64,000 bases of DNA, taken from positions 256,001 through 320,000 of the forward strand of contig CBDCVK010000002.1 of assembly GCA_965223005.1 (NCBI GenBank), given 5' to 3'. This document shows positions 1 through 9,664 of this stretch, one piece after another. A program made the translations under genes and the position numbers. The notes beneath the pieces were generated by a model. It was not told where the DNA came from. It saw only the letters and a program-made list of their open reading frames with translations, and made no database searches. The first letter of the stretch is position 1. The number at the start of each line of letters is the position of its first letter. The stretch comes from Terriglobia bacterium (GTDB taxonomy: Bacteria > Acidobacteriota > Terriglobia > JAJPHL01 > JAPKYU01).

Positions 1-1200
1 CTCGCCGCCGTCCAGTCTCGCGAGCAGGGAGATCGGACGAGGCGCCCACCGGCGAAAGAGGACGAAAGCGAGGCCGACCGTTCCGAACCCCGCCGTCAGA
101 CCGATGACGGTCGCGTCATGCAAGAAGGCAAAGAGCATCCCAAGCGAGAGCACCGCCAGGGTGCCCCAGGCTGCGCCGGCGGCGACCGCCGTTCGCCAAC
201 CCACCTCGAGGAGGGTCTGGATGTGGATCCGCAACCCGATCGTCGCGCAAACAGCGACGATGGCGATGTTGACAACGAGATCGTTTACATCGAGAACGGC
301 CGTCCAGGTGACCTCGGCCGGCGTTCCCTCCGTCAAGAAGAAGGAGTCGCCAAGCAGGCGGAGACCGAACAGGAGGAAGTAGCCGATGACGAAGAGCGGC
401 AGATGCGCGGCGAGGCGCAAGCGCGCCCTGCCCTCGGCGGGTGCCCGCCGACGAAGGAGGCTGAAGCCGATCAACAGCGGGCCCAGCAGCAGGATGCGCG
501 TGGCCTTGGCTATCGTGGCGATCAGGCTCTCGTCTTCGCCGAACTGGCTCCCCACGGCGACACTCGACGACAGATCGTTCACTGCGACCCCCGCCCAGAG
601 CCCTGCCGATTCGGTGTCAAGTCCGAGCGCCGTCCCAAGCGGGAGGAACGTCAGCAGCGCGACCACGCCGAAGAGGTAAATGGCGGTGACCGCGAGCCCC
701 TGGTCCCGCCGGTGCGCGAACACAGCCGGAGCCAGCGCATTGATGGCCGACGCGCCACACACCATCGTGCCGATAGCTACAAGGTCGGCCATCTCCCGAC
801 GGAGCCCCAACAGACCGGCTGCGGCATGCGCGACGAAGAATGTCGTGGGGAGCGTGAAGACGAGGACGAGCAGGACCTGAAGCAGGAGCTGCGCCTCGAG
901 GATGTCCGTCTGGACCTTCAGGCCCATCAAGATGATGGCGAGGCGCAACATCCACTTCCCCGTGAAGCGGAGGCCGCGCTCGTACGGGTCGCCCTCGCGA
1001 CCGCCAGCGACGTTGAGCCCGATCCAGCGCGCGACGCGTGAGTTGAGCACCAGGGTGCCGAGCCCGATGGCGACGACGATGTCCGGAGCCCACGGCGAAC
1101 CTCTAAAAACCGTGCGTGCCAGGAAGAACGCCAGGAGCGCCAAGGTCAGCGCGAGCCCCAGCCCTCGGAACTCGCGTTGGGAAGGAAGCCAGGCGGGCAT
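1..1200 (-). CDS. YeiH/UPF0324-family putative sulfate exporter membrane protein (3' end runs off the window)
   Basis: Own translation from ATG at 1200 (MPAWLPSQREFRGLGLALTLALLAFF...). Highly hydrophobic, contains GKWMLRLAIILMG and IGTMVCGASAINALAP (YeiH GxSICGxSA-like motif). Absent from the ORF track because no stop lies in the window. Confidence 0.75.
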   Translation of the reverse strand, partial: MPAWLPSQREFRGLGLALTLALLAFFLARTVFRGSPWAPDIVVAIGLGTLVLNSRVARWIGLNVAGGREGDPYERGLRFTGKWMLRLAIILMGLKVQTDILEAQLLLQVLLVLVFTLPTTFFVAHAAAGLLGLRREMADLVAIGTMVCGASAINALAPAVFAHRRDQGLAVTAIYLFGVVALLTFLPLGTALGLDTESAGLWAGVAVNDLSSSVAVGSQFGEDESLIATIAKATRILLLGPLLIGFSLLRRRAPAEGRARLRLAAHLPLFVIGYFLLFGLRLLGDSFFLTEGTPAEVTWTAVLDVNDLVVNIAIVAVCATIGLRIHIQTLLEVGWRTAVAAGAAWGTLAVLSLGMLFAFLHDATVIGLTAGFGTVGLAFVLFRRWAPRPISLLARLDGGE

Positions 1201-1245
1201 GGGCACTTCTCAGCCGGGCAGGAGCGAGGGGCACTGTTGTTCATT

Positions 1246-1293
1246 CATGACCCCGGTCCTCACTAAGAAGGTCCGCCGCGAATAGTCAGTCAT
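1246..1293 (-). pseudogene. Stub of a Tat-exported protein (signal peptide start only)
   Basis: ATG overlapping the end of the amidohydrolase, preceded by a purine-rich GGGGAGG, encodes MTDYSRRTFLVRTG (SRRxFL twin-arginine motif), then loses signal character and stops at 1210. Confidence 0.55.
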
Positions 1294-2728
1294 GGGGGAT
1301 TGCACCTCCCCTTGCGCTCGCCGGTGCACGGATCGGACGCCCCGGCAACTTGCCTTCCACCAGGTTGCCCTCGACAAGCACCGCCGCGCCGTTGACGACA
1401 ACGTGGCGGATTCCTTCGGGGTACTGTGCGGGGTCTTCAAAGGTCCCCTTGTCGAGGACCGTGTCCGGGTTGAAGACCACCAGGTCGGCGTCCGCACCCA
1501 CTTTGACACGGCCTTTGTTCTTCATCATGGGTACCCGCCGCTGGAGTCGCTTGGCCGGACGTAGGCTCATCTTGGCGAGGGCGTCCATGAGGCTGAGGGC
1601 TTTCTCCTCGCGGACGTAGCGGCCCAGGACACGTGCGTACGCGCCGAAAGTCCGCGGATGAGCGCGTCCGTTGACGAGCCACGTGCCGTCGCTGGCGATC
1701 ATGGTGAGCGGACTAGCGACCGCCGCTTTCACATTTTCCAAGGAGTAAGAAGGCGGGGAGATCACGAAGCCGCCTTGCTTCCGATACTTGCCAAAGGACT
1801 CGCGGGTGAGTTGTTCGCCCGTTTCGACCCAGTTATACTGCGCTAACTCGTCGTCGGAATAGGTTTCCCAGTCGTTGAGCTGATGTGACTGGATGAGGGT
1901 CGAGCCGCGATTGTAGGGGTAGCACTCCGTCGTGACATCGACGCCGTTGTCACGGGCCTTTTGGATCACGTCCAGGTATTCGGGGATCATTGCCGCACCG
2001 CTACTGTTGATGTGGACGATGTGGAGCGGAGCGCCAGTTTCCTTGGAGTAGCCGAGGGCCTCTTCCACGTTGCTGGTGTCGGTTCGCGAAGTCCGAATGT
2101 GAACGAAACAAGTGGCGTCGTAGCGAGGGGCCAGGCGGAACAATTCCAGAAGCTCGTTCGACGTCGCCCCGGGGTTATCAGCAAGGTGGAATCCGATGCC
2201 GACCGCACCCTGGTCGAGCCCCCGGGCAATGCGGTCCTTCAGTTTGTCAAGCTGGTCCGGCGTCAGGGCCCGTAACAGCGCATCCCCCTCGAGGCCCGGG
2301 TTTGCACCCGTCATCACGATATTGCGCGTGTAGGGATGGCTGATGGTGGCGCCGTGGTTCACAAGCGCTTTGCCTTCTCGTTCCGCGTAGAAGGCGTCGA
2401 TGTCTTCGACCCCAATCTCTAGCTCCAGCGCGCTGGTAATCCCGTCGTGAATCTGCGCCCGGTAGTTCTCGGGGCTGTGGCCGTGGCGGTGGAAATCGAT
2501 GAAGCCGGCGGTGACGACGTGTCCGGCGGCGTCGAGTGTTTGCTTCCCGCTGATCTCGTGCTCAGTGATCGTCGCGATCTTGTCGCCGTTGACACCGACG
2601 TTGCGGACGGCGTCCAGTCCGGATTCCGGATCCATGACGCGGCCGTTGACGATCGCCATGTCGTAGGAAGGCGGAGAAGAGCAGCCGGTCAGTAGCACCA
2701 GAAGGAAGAAGGTGAGTAATCTCAGCAT
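1286..2728 (-). CDS. Amidohydrolase, N-acyl-D-amino-acid deacylase-like, lipoprotein
   Basis: Lipobox LLTGC after start MLRLLTFF; AGFIDFHRH metal motif, MIASDG, HPRTFG, VGADADLVVF. Confidence 0.85.
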   Translation of the reverse strand: MLRLLTFFLLVLLTGCSSPPSYDMAIVNGRVMDPESGLDAVRNVGVNGDKIATITEHEISGKQTLDAAGHVVTAGFIDFHRHGHSPENYRAQIHDGITSALELEIGVEDIDAFYAEREGKALVNHGATISHPYTRNIVMTGANPGLEGDALLRALTPDQLDKLKDRIARGLDQGAVGIGFHLADNPGATSNELLELFRLAPRYDATCFVHIRTSRTDTSNVEEALGYSKETGAPLHIVHINSSGAAMIPEYLDVIQKARDNGVDVTTECYPYNRGSTLIQSHQLNDWETYSDDELAQYNWVETGEQLTRESFGKYRKQGGFVISPPSYSLENVKAAVASPLTMIASDGTWLVNGRAHPRTFGAYARVLGRYVREEKALSLMDALAKMSLRPAKRLQRRVPMMKNKGRVKVGADADLVVFNPDTVLDKGTFEDPAQYPEGIRHVVVNGAAVLVEGNLVEGKLPGRPIRAPASARGGAIPHD

Positions 2729-3028
2729 CCGGGTCAGTATGGCACTGGACTTGGGGAGACACAACTCATCGGGCACTCGATGTGGCCACATCCCTGAACC
2801 TCGGGTGGTGGGGAACTGGCGTCTTGTCACCACCACGGCTGGCGTAGAATCTTGAGCCAAGGGAACGTTGGAAATCGAAAATTCCCGTCAAAGACAATGC
2901 TTAATCGTTGACGATCACCCCAATGAGGCCTGCCATCACAAAGAAGCTTTTTTACGAGAGGCAGCTGGCGAACGGTAACTGTCTCGATCATTAGATCACT
3001 CATTCTTCATGGCGAGCCTCTCGATAAA

Positions 3029-5475
3029 ATGAAACACAGGAACATCTCCTGCCTGATGACGTTGCTGGTGGCAGGGAGTGTACTTCTGCCGCCGGCCAAT
3101 ACCGCTGCGCCGCCGAAGGACCCCTTCACCCCGCAGGACCGCGAATACTGGGCGTTTCAGCAAGTCAAGCGGCCTAAAATTCCACAAGTTCAAGATGCGA
3201 AATGGGTCCGCAACCCGATTGACGCCTTCATGCTGAGCCGGCTGGAAGCCAAAGACCTGAGCCCGGCGCCTCCCGCCGACAAGATCACCCTGTTGCGGCG
3301 CGCCACGTACGACCTGACCGGCCTTCCGGCCACGCCGGAGGAGGCCGATGCTTTTCTGGCAGACCGCTCTCCGAACGCCTTCGAGAAGGTCGTGGATCGT
3401 TTGCTTGCTTCACCTCACTACGGGGAGCGCTGGGGCCGGCATTGGCTGGACGTGGCGCGGTACGCTGACTCCAGTGGCTTTGAACATAACTGGGACCGCC
3501 CCACCGCTTGGCGCTACCGCGACTACGTGGTTGAATCGTTCAATAACGATACACCCTACAACGTTTTCATCGCAGAGCAGTTGGCCGGGGATGAGCTGGA
3601 TTCGGTGAGCTTCAACACCAAGACCGCCACCGGCTTCCTCCGGGCAGGCCCCCGCGTGGAGTTCCGGGACAAGGACATCCCCAGTACCGCTTTGACTACT
3701 ACCTCGACGACATGATTGCCACTACCTCCCAGGCTTTCCTTGGACTGACGGTACAGTGCGCCAGGTGCCACAACCACAAATTCGATCCAATTCCCCAGAC
3801 AGACTATTACCGGATGCAGGCAGTCTTCTTTCCCTACGTGGACGTGAACCACTATTCAGGGACTGAGGAGGAGGTGGAAGCCTTCCTGGCGCAAAAGGAA
3901 GAGATTGACGCCAAGGTGAAGGCTCTCCGTCAAAGAATCGCCGAAATCGAGCGCCCCTACCGGGAGAAGGCCACCGTTGCTGAAGTGGCCGAAAGGTTTC
4001 CCGAAGACGCGCTGATTGCGGTGAAAACACCGGAACAGCAACGCACCCCGGGCCAGAAGTTGCTGGCCAGCCAAATCTTCGGAGCGGTCAGCATTCAGCC
4101 CGTCGATGTGGAATGCGCCATGGACTCCGAAACCAAAGCGAGAAAGGATGCGTTGGACGCACAGGTAAAGGAACTGGAACGGCAGCGGCCCAAGCCTCCT
4201 CCTTCTGCGATTGGTGTTACCGATGGGGATTACCGCTTCGCTGCCGATGGCCCTGGCGACGAGCCGGCACCGGGTAAAGGAATCAACCATGATCCAAAAC
4301 TCAAGGGGAGTTTCCTGCATAAGGGCGACGGGCCGTATAAGCCCCCGCCGTCTTATTTCCTCATTGGCGGCGACAGGAACAGCCGCGGGGCGCTGATGGA
4401 GCCGGGCTTCATTGCGGTGGCCACCTACGGGAACCCTCCTACGGCCATACCGCCTTCGCACGGGCGGAGCTCGGGAAGGCGGCGCGCCCTGGCGGAGTGG
4501 ATCCGCTCGCCTGACAACCCCCTCACGGCGCGCGTGATGGTGAACCGAATCTGGCACTACCACTTCGGCCGCGGCATTGTTTCCACCCTGAACAACTTCG
4601 GCAAAATGGGCGAAAGACCGACCCATCCCAAGCTGCTGGACTGGCTGGCCGCCGAATTTGTCGCCCGAGGCTGGAGCGTCAAGCAGATGCACCGGTTGAG
4701 TATGACCTCGAACGCCTATCGAATGGCGTCCCAGTACGAGAACGTTGCCAACCAGAAGGCCGATCCCCAGAACCGGCTTCTGTGGAGGTTTCGGATCCGG
4801 CGGCTGGAAGCGGAGGCCTTGCGCGACGGTATTCTGGCCGTCAGCGGGCAGCTAAACCGTAAGATCGGCGGCCCGCCTGTGTTTCCAAAAGTTGATCCGT
4901 CGGTACTGGCCACCATGAAATTTGGTATCTGGAAGCAGGAGGAGGAGGGGCCGAAGGTCTGGCGGCGGTCGGTCTACGTTTATCGCAAGCGCGCCATGCC
5001 TTTTCCGATGTTTGAGGTGTTTGACCTGCCAAACCAGAACGTGAGCTGCGGCGCGCGAAATGTTTCCACGACGGCCACACAGGCACTAACACTGCTCAAT
5101 AACGAATTTGTTCTCCAGCAGGCTCGATTCTTCGCCGAGCGTGTTGTGGCTGAAGCGGGTCCCACCCCGGCGGATCAACTTGCGCGCGCCTATCTGGCCG
5201 CGCTGGGTCGCACTCCCTCCCCGGAGGAGAGGCGCCTGGGCATGGAGTTTCTGGAAAGCCAGCGCCAGTTCCATCGGATGCGGTCGGCCGAAGCGGAGAC
5301 AGCGGCAGGAGGCGCAGCGGCAAAACAGGCCGAGACAGGAGGCGCTCCCCCCCCCCAACAGGCCATCGCTTCCGCGTCACACGCGCCTCAGGCAGTGAGC
5401 CCGGCGCATCTGGCGGCGGTGACCGACTTGGCGCACGTACTGATGAACCTGAACGAGTTCGTTTATATCAGGTAG
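3029..5475 (+). pseudogene. DUF1549/DUF1553 (PSCyt2/PSD1) protein split by a one-base frameshift near 3680
   Basis: YWAFQ, NPIDAF, YGERWGRHWLDVARYADS in ORF 3029-3715; [11 protein letters not shown] heme motif, [32 protein letters not shown] in ORF 3712-5475. Adding one C to the CCCC run restores ...[20 protein letters not shown]. Confidence 0.85.
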
Positions 5476-5487
5476 CCCCCGGCCCCG

Positions 5488-5537
5488 GTAGCGCCCGGTT
5501 TAGTGCGGGGCGTGTCGCCCGCAGAGGGCGGCGCTAT
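5488..5537. repeat. GTAG-type REP-like inverted doublet
   Basis: GTAGCGCCCGGTTTAGTGCGGGGCG followed by an inverted copy reading ATAGCGCCGCCCTCTGCGGGCG on minus; intergenic. Confidence 0.5.
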
Positions 5538-5548
5538 AGGATGTACTT

Positions 5549-7018
5549 ATGGATTGTCCGGGCAAGAAACTGAATTTCATTTCCAGGCGGGCATTCCTCT
5601 TCCAGGCCGGAGGGGGATTGAGCGGCATTGCCCTGGCTCACCTTCTGGATCAGGAGGGACTGCTGGCGGCCGAGCCGGACGTCGGTTGCCAGGCCGGGGC
5701 TATTCCCGTGGATTCGCCGATTGCCCCCCTCAAGCCCCACTTTGCCCCTCGCGCCAAAGCCGTGATTTCCCTGTTCATGAGCGGTGGTGTTAGCCACGTG
5801 GATACGTTTGATCCCAAGCCTGATCTGGACCGCTTCCACGGTCGGCCTCTGGAAGGTAAGGGCCAGATCGTGGTGCGCCAGGGGCATCCTGGACCGCTCA
5901 TGCGCAGCCCGTTCCGGTTTCAGAAGTATGGGCAGTCGGGCATCGAGGTTTCCGAACTGTTCCCCCACGTGGCGCAGAAGGTGGACGAGATCGCCCTGAT
6001 CCGCTCAATGTACGGGCGCTCGAACGATCATATCCTGGCGAATTACGAGTCAGCCAGCGGGGTGATTCGGATGGGTTTCCCCAGCCTGGGCTCCTGGGTC
6101 AGCTACGGGTTGGGCACCGAAAATCAAAGCCTACCGGCGTTTGTCGTCATCTACGACGCCCGCGGCGGCCCGTTCGGGGGCCCCCAAAATTGGAGCGCCG
6201 GATTCATGCCCCCCGCCTACCAGGGCACAATCTTCCGGTCTTTGGGAGATCCGATCATTGATCTGAAGCCGCCCGGCGATCTGGCCCCCCAAGTCCAGCG
6301 GGCCCGGCTGGATCTGCTGGCCACGTTGAACGAGCTGGACAAGCAGAAATATCCGGCCAGCGGCGAGTTGGCAGCGCGCATCTCGTCCTACGAACTTGCC
6401 TACCGGATGCAGGGCTGCGCGCCGGAAGCGGTCGATGTGACCCTTGAATCGGAGGCGGTGAAGAAGCTGTACGGACTCGATAGCCCCGTCACGGAGCCCT
6501 TCGGCAAGCAATGCTTGATGGCGCGCCGCCTGGTCGAGCGTGGAGTACGGTTTGTGCAGCTCTATCACGGAGGTTTAGGCAACCAGAGTATTGATACCTG
6601 GGACGCGCATCAAAACGTGAAGGAGAACCACACGCAACACGCTGCCGAAGTGGACAAACCGATCGCCGGCCTGTTGGAGGACCTCAAGCGGACGAGTCTG
6701 CTCGACTCGACCTTGGTCATCTGGCAGACGGAGTTCGGCCGGATGCCCATCTCACAAAAGGGCGTAGGCCGCGACCACAATCCCGGCACTATGACCAACT
6801 GGATGGCCGGCGCCAAAATCCAAGGGGGCCAGGTGATTGGCGCCAGCGACGAGTTTGGGTACAAGGCAGCCGTTGAGCCCCACTCCATTCATGATCTGCA
6901 CGCCACCATCCTGCACTTGCTGGGCATGGATCATAAGAGGCTGACCTACTTCTTCAACGGCCGCCACATGCGCCTGACCGACGTTTACGGTGAGCCTATC
7001 CCGCAGATTGTGGCCTGA
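5549..7018 (+). CDS. DUF1501 domain-containing protein
   Basis: SRRAFL Tat-like N-terminus, LFMSGGVSHVDTFDPKP, CLMARRLVERGVRFVQLY, WDAH, TEFGRMP, GRDHNP, GRHMRLTDV; typical partner of DUF1549/1553. Confidence 0.92.
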   Translation: MDCPGKKLNFISRRAFLFQAGGGLSGIALAHLLDQEGLLAAEPDVGCQAGAIPVDSPIAPLKPHFAPRAKAVISLFMSGGVSHVDTFDPKPDLDRFHGRPLEGKGQIVVRQGHPGPLMRSPFRFQKYGQSGIEVSELFPHVAQKVDEIALIRSMYGRSNDHILANYESASGVIRMGFPSLGSWVSYGLGTENQSLPAFVVIYDARGGPFGGPQNWSAGFMPPAYQGTIFRSLGDPIIDLKPPGDLAPQVQRARLDLLATLNELDKQKYPASGELAARISSYELAYRMQGCAPEAVDVTLESEAVKKLYGLDSPVTEPFGKQCLMARRLVERGVRFVQLYHGGLGNQSIDTWDAHQNVKENHTQHAAEVDKPIAGLLEDLKRTSLLDSTLVIWQTEFGRMPISQKGVGRDHNPGTMTNWMAGAKIQGGQVIGASDEFGYKAAVEPHSIHDLHATILHLLGMDHKRLTYFFNGRHMRLTDVYGEPIPQIVA

Positions 7019-7169
7019 CCAAGACTTCATTGTTTCTGCCTTCCTTGATGGAATCATCTGACCGCAACCAATGCAGGTCGAGGGCGATGGGTATTACTCG
7101 AGAAAGCCCTGCCAACGAGCCCCACTGCGCCGGATTCAGAGAATCCCCTCCAGCTCTCAAGCCACAGTC

Positions 7170-7312
7170 CGTCGCCTGAGCCGCCGATGTAGCCGGCGTA
7201 GTCGAGGACAGTGCCCGAGGGGTTCACCTTGGCTACGAAGGCGTCGAATCCGCCATTGACGGTCAGGTCGGGTCCCACCGTCACCGGAAAGATGGCCTCG
7301 GTGGAGTTGGTA
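7170..7312 (-). pseudogene. Single SBBP (beta-propeller) repeat fragment
   Basis: TNSTEAIFPVTVGPDLTVNGGFDAFVAKVNPSGTVLDYAGYIGGSGD with no proper start and unrelated flanks. Confidence 0.75.
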
Positions 7313-7463
7313 ACGTCGGTATGAACATCTACGACGACCGGTGGTGCCCGATCAACTCCGGCGGATACTGCAACTGCGATCCACGCATTGAGCTGAAGGA
7401 TGCTGGATGAGAGCGTACTTCCCCACCCGGTTCAGACCTACTGGGAGAGTACGTGCCGACAAA

Positions 7464-7621
7464 GGGCCACTCTATATCCCGACAAGGGGGCAATCTGGGC
7501 GAAAGCTCTAGACGGATGCGGTGGGGATGCAATGCAAGTGCGGGCAACGTCCCGCCACTGACGACCCGTGACCGACAAGCCCACCAACAAGCCGCATCCT
7601 TGTCGGGATGTAAAGTGGCCC
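7464..7621. mobile_element. MITE-like element with 24-bp terminal inverted repeats
   Basis: GGGCCACTCTATATCCCGACAAGG (7464-7487) versus CCTTGTCGGGATGTAAAGTGGCCC (7598-7621), 22/24 complementary; no convincing ORF inside. Confidence 0.55.
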
Positions 7622-7797
7622 CATGGCTGGATGCGGACAGCAATCTATGACAGCTAAGTCTTGACATATTTATTCGTGCTTGTTTCTATGTGTCTGGACT
7701 CTCCAGTGCTACTCGTAGCGTACAGGACATGAAGGAGTTGCTGCTCTACGCAAAGAGGGACACCCGCGTCGTTATAGTCTAGGGCCGAAGAATCAAG

Positions 7798-8772
7798 GTG
7801 AAGATGAAAATCGGAATCATTACTGACAGTCTGCAGGACATGCCGTTTACAGAAGCCCTGGACTGGGTCGCCGCCCAAGGCATTCAAGCTGTGGAGATCG
7901 GGACCGGTAACTTCTCCCACGGGAAACACTGCGACTTGGAAAAACTGGTGAACGCCGCTGGCGCGCGCGAAGAATTCATGGGCGCCATCGAGAGCCGCGG
8001 GTTGATGCTGAGCGCCCTGAACTGCAACGGTAATCTACTCGATCCACATCCGGAACGCGGCAAGAAGTCCCAGGACGTCTTCCACAAAACAGTGGAAGCC
8101 GCCAGCAAGCTCCGGCTTGACACCGTCGTCACGATGAGTGGCTGCCCCGGTGAACCGGGCGGCTGCGAGTATCCGAACTGGGTGCTTCATCCCTGGCAGA
8201 AGGAGTATTTAGATCTGTACGAATGGCAGTGGGACCAAGTAATCCAGCCTTTCTGGAAGCAGGCCGGCCAATTCGCTTCCGACCGTGGTGTCAAGATCGC
8301 TATCGAAATGCATCCCGGCCAGTCCGTATATAACACGAGCAGTCTTCTCCGCCTCCGTGAGATCGCCGGCCCTAGTTTGGGTGCCAACTTAGACCCCAGC
8401 CACTTGTTCTACCAAGGAATGGATCCCATGGTTGTGATCCGCACGCTAGGTCGGGACTTCATTTTTCACGTCCACGCAAAGGACACCAAGATTAACAGTC
8501 TCGAGACCGCGGTGAATGGCGGACTTGACCCGCGTCCCATGTCGATGGTCGGTGAGCGATCGTGGACCTATCGCACGCTGGGCTTCGGACACGGGGCTGA
8601 TTGGTGGTGCGACTTCTTGAGCGCCCTGCGCCTGGTGGGCTATGACGGCGTGCTGAGTGTCGAGCACGAAGACCCGGTGATGAGTTCGAAGGAGGGCATC
8701 GTCAAGAGCGTTGAGTTCCTCAAGCCGCTTTTGATAGAGACGATGCCGGAAGAGAAATTGCCGTGGCTGTGA
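7798..8772 (+). CDS. Sugar phosphate isomerase/epimerase (xylose isomerase-like TIM barrel)
   Basis: IAIEMHPG, ANLDPSHL, FHVHAKD, LSVEHED metal-binding motifs. Confidence 0.9.
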   Translation: MKMKIGIITDSLQDMPFTEALDWVAAQGIQAVEIGTGNFSHGKHCDLEKLVNAAGAREEFMGAIESRGLMLSALNCNGNLLDPHPERGKKSQDVFHKTVEAASKLRLDTVVTMSGCPGEPGGCEYPNWVLHPWQKEYLDLYEWQWDQVIQPFWKQAGQFASDRGVKIAIEMHPGQSVYNTSSLLRLREIAGPSLGANLDPSHLFYQGMDPMVVIRTLGRDFIFHVHAKDTKINSLETAVNGGLDPRPMSMVGERSWTYRTLGFGHGADWWCDFLSALRLVGYDGVLSVEHEDPVMSSKEGIVKSVEFLKPLLIETMPEEKLPWL

Positions 8773-8805
8773 TGGGCGGCACGCCTCTGGCAGCAGCGCA
8801 CGTCC

Positions 8806-9110
8806 CTACGCCAACGCCTTTTCAATCACGTGGCCGCCCACGTCGGTAAGACGGAAGTCTCTGCCCTGAAAGCGGTGGTCAGTTTCTCGTGGTCGATGCC
8901 CATGCAGTACAGGTTTGTCGCCTGAAAATCATTAATGTGGACGGGTTCTTCTACGGGGTTGTAGCCTAGCTCGTCGGTTGCGCCGATCGTAGTGCCGGGT
9001 TTAATGCCACCTCCGGCCATCCAAATCGTGAAGGCCTTCATGTGATGGTCGCGGTCGTAGTTCCCGCCCGCCGTGCTCCCTTGATTCATCGGGGTGCGGC
9101 CGAACTCGCC
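8806..9110 (-). pseudogene. C-terminal fragment of a second DUF1501 gene, with one frameshift
   Basis: [11 protein letters not shown]...[20 protein letters not shown]...GATDELG...GIDHEKLT, then in another frame [22 protein letters not shown]. Confidence 0.85.
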
Positions 9111-9114
9111 AGCC

Positions 9115-9365
9115 TGCTTGCTGTTTTTGCAGCCGCCAGCCGTGGAAGCGCTCCTTCTCCTTGGCCACCTCATCGTTGTTGGCCTGGATGCGGGCGCGAT
9201 GTTCGGCCACCAGGCGATCCACCTCGGCCTGGATCTGACGATTCTCCCGATTCTTCCGCGCTTCCAGCTCTTCGACGCTGCGCTGCTGTACAGCTCGAAG
9301 GTATCCAGAGCGCGGTCGCGCCGGACTGCGTCCTCGATCACCTCCTGGAGCTTTACCCTCGTGGC
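9115..9365 (-). pseudogene. Fragment of a coiled-coil hypothetical protein abutting the DUF1501 remnant
   Basis: [20 protein letters not shown] then frameshift to [57 protein letters not shown]; coding-like codon use, no start or stop of its own. Confidence 0.55.
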
Positions 9366-9664
9366 TTCCAAACAACAAGGACGGAACGGCGCTTCACCTC
9401 CGGGGGCAAGCAGCGGATGTGCTTTAAATAACTGCGAGCCCTGAACTTCGTAGGGTTGAAGTAGACATACCCTGGAGAAAAACACATGGAGGTCGTGAGC
9501 AGGTAAACGCATGGTACGCGTACCATAAGACGATTACCTGTTCGGGACCCTTATTGCTTCGGCCCGGCTCTCTTGACGTTGAACCCCTAGCTTTCCATGT
9601 GCTCGCGGGTCGCGCGGTTCGCCTTCTTTAGGAGATCCGTCTGACCGTGCACTTTTCCCTTGTC

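Noticed and set aside
118-1041. 307-aa plus-strand ORF
   Set aside because: Antisense shadow of the YeiH-like gene; composition typical of reverse-frame GC-rich DNA.
8826-9512. 228-aa ORF as a real protein
   Set aside because: Accidental read-through across non-coding DNA and two unrelated fragments.
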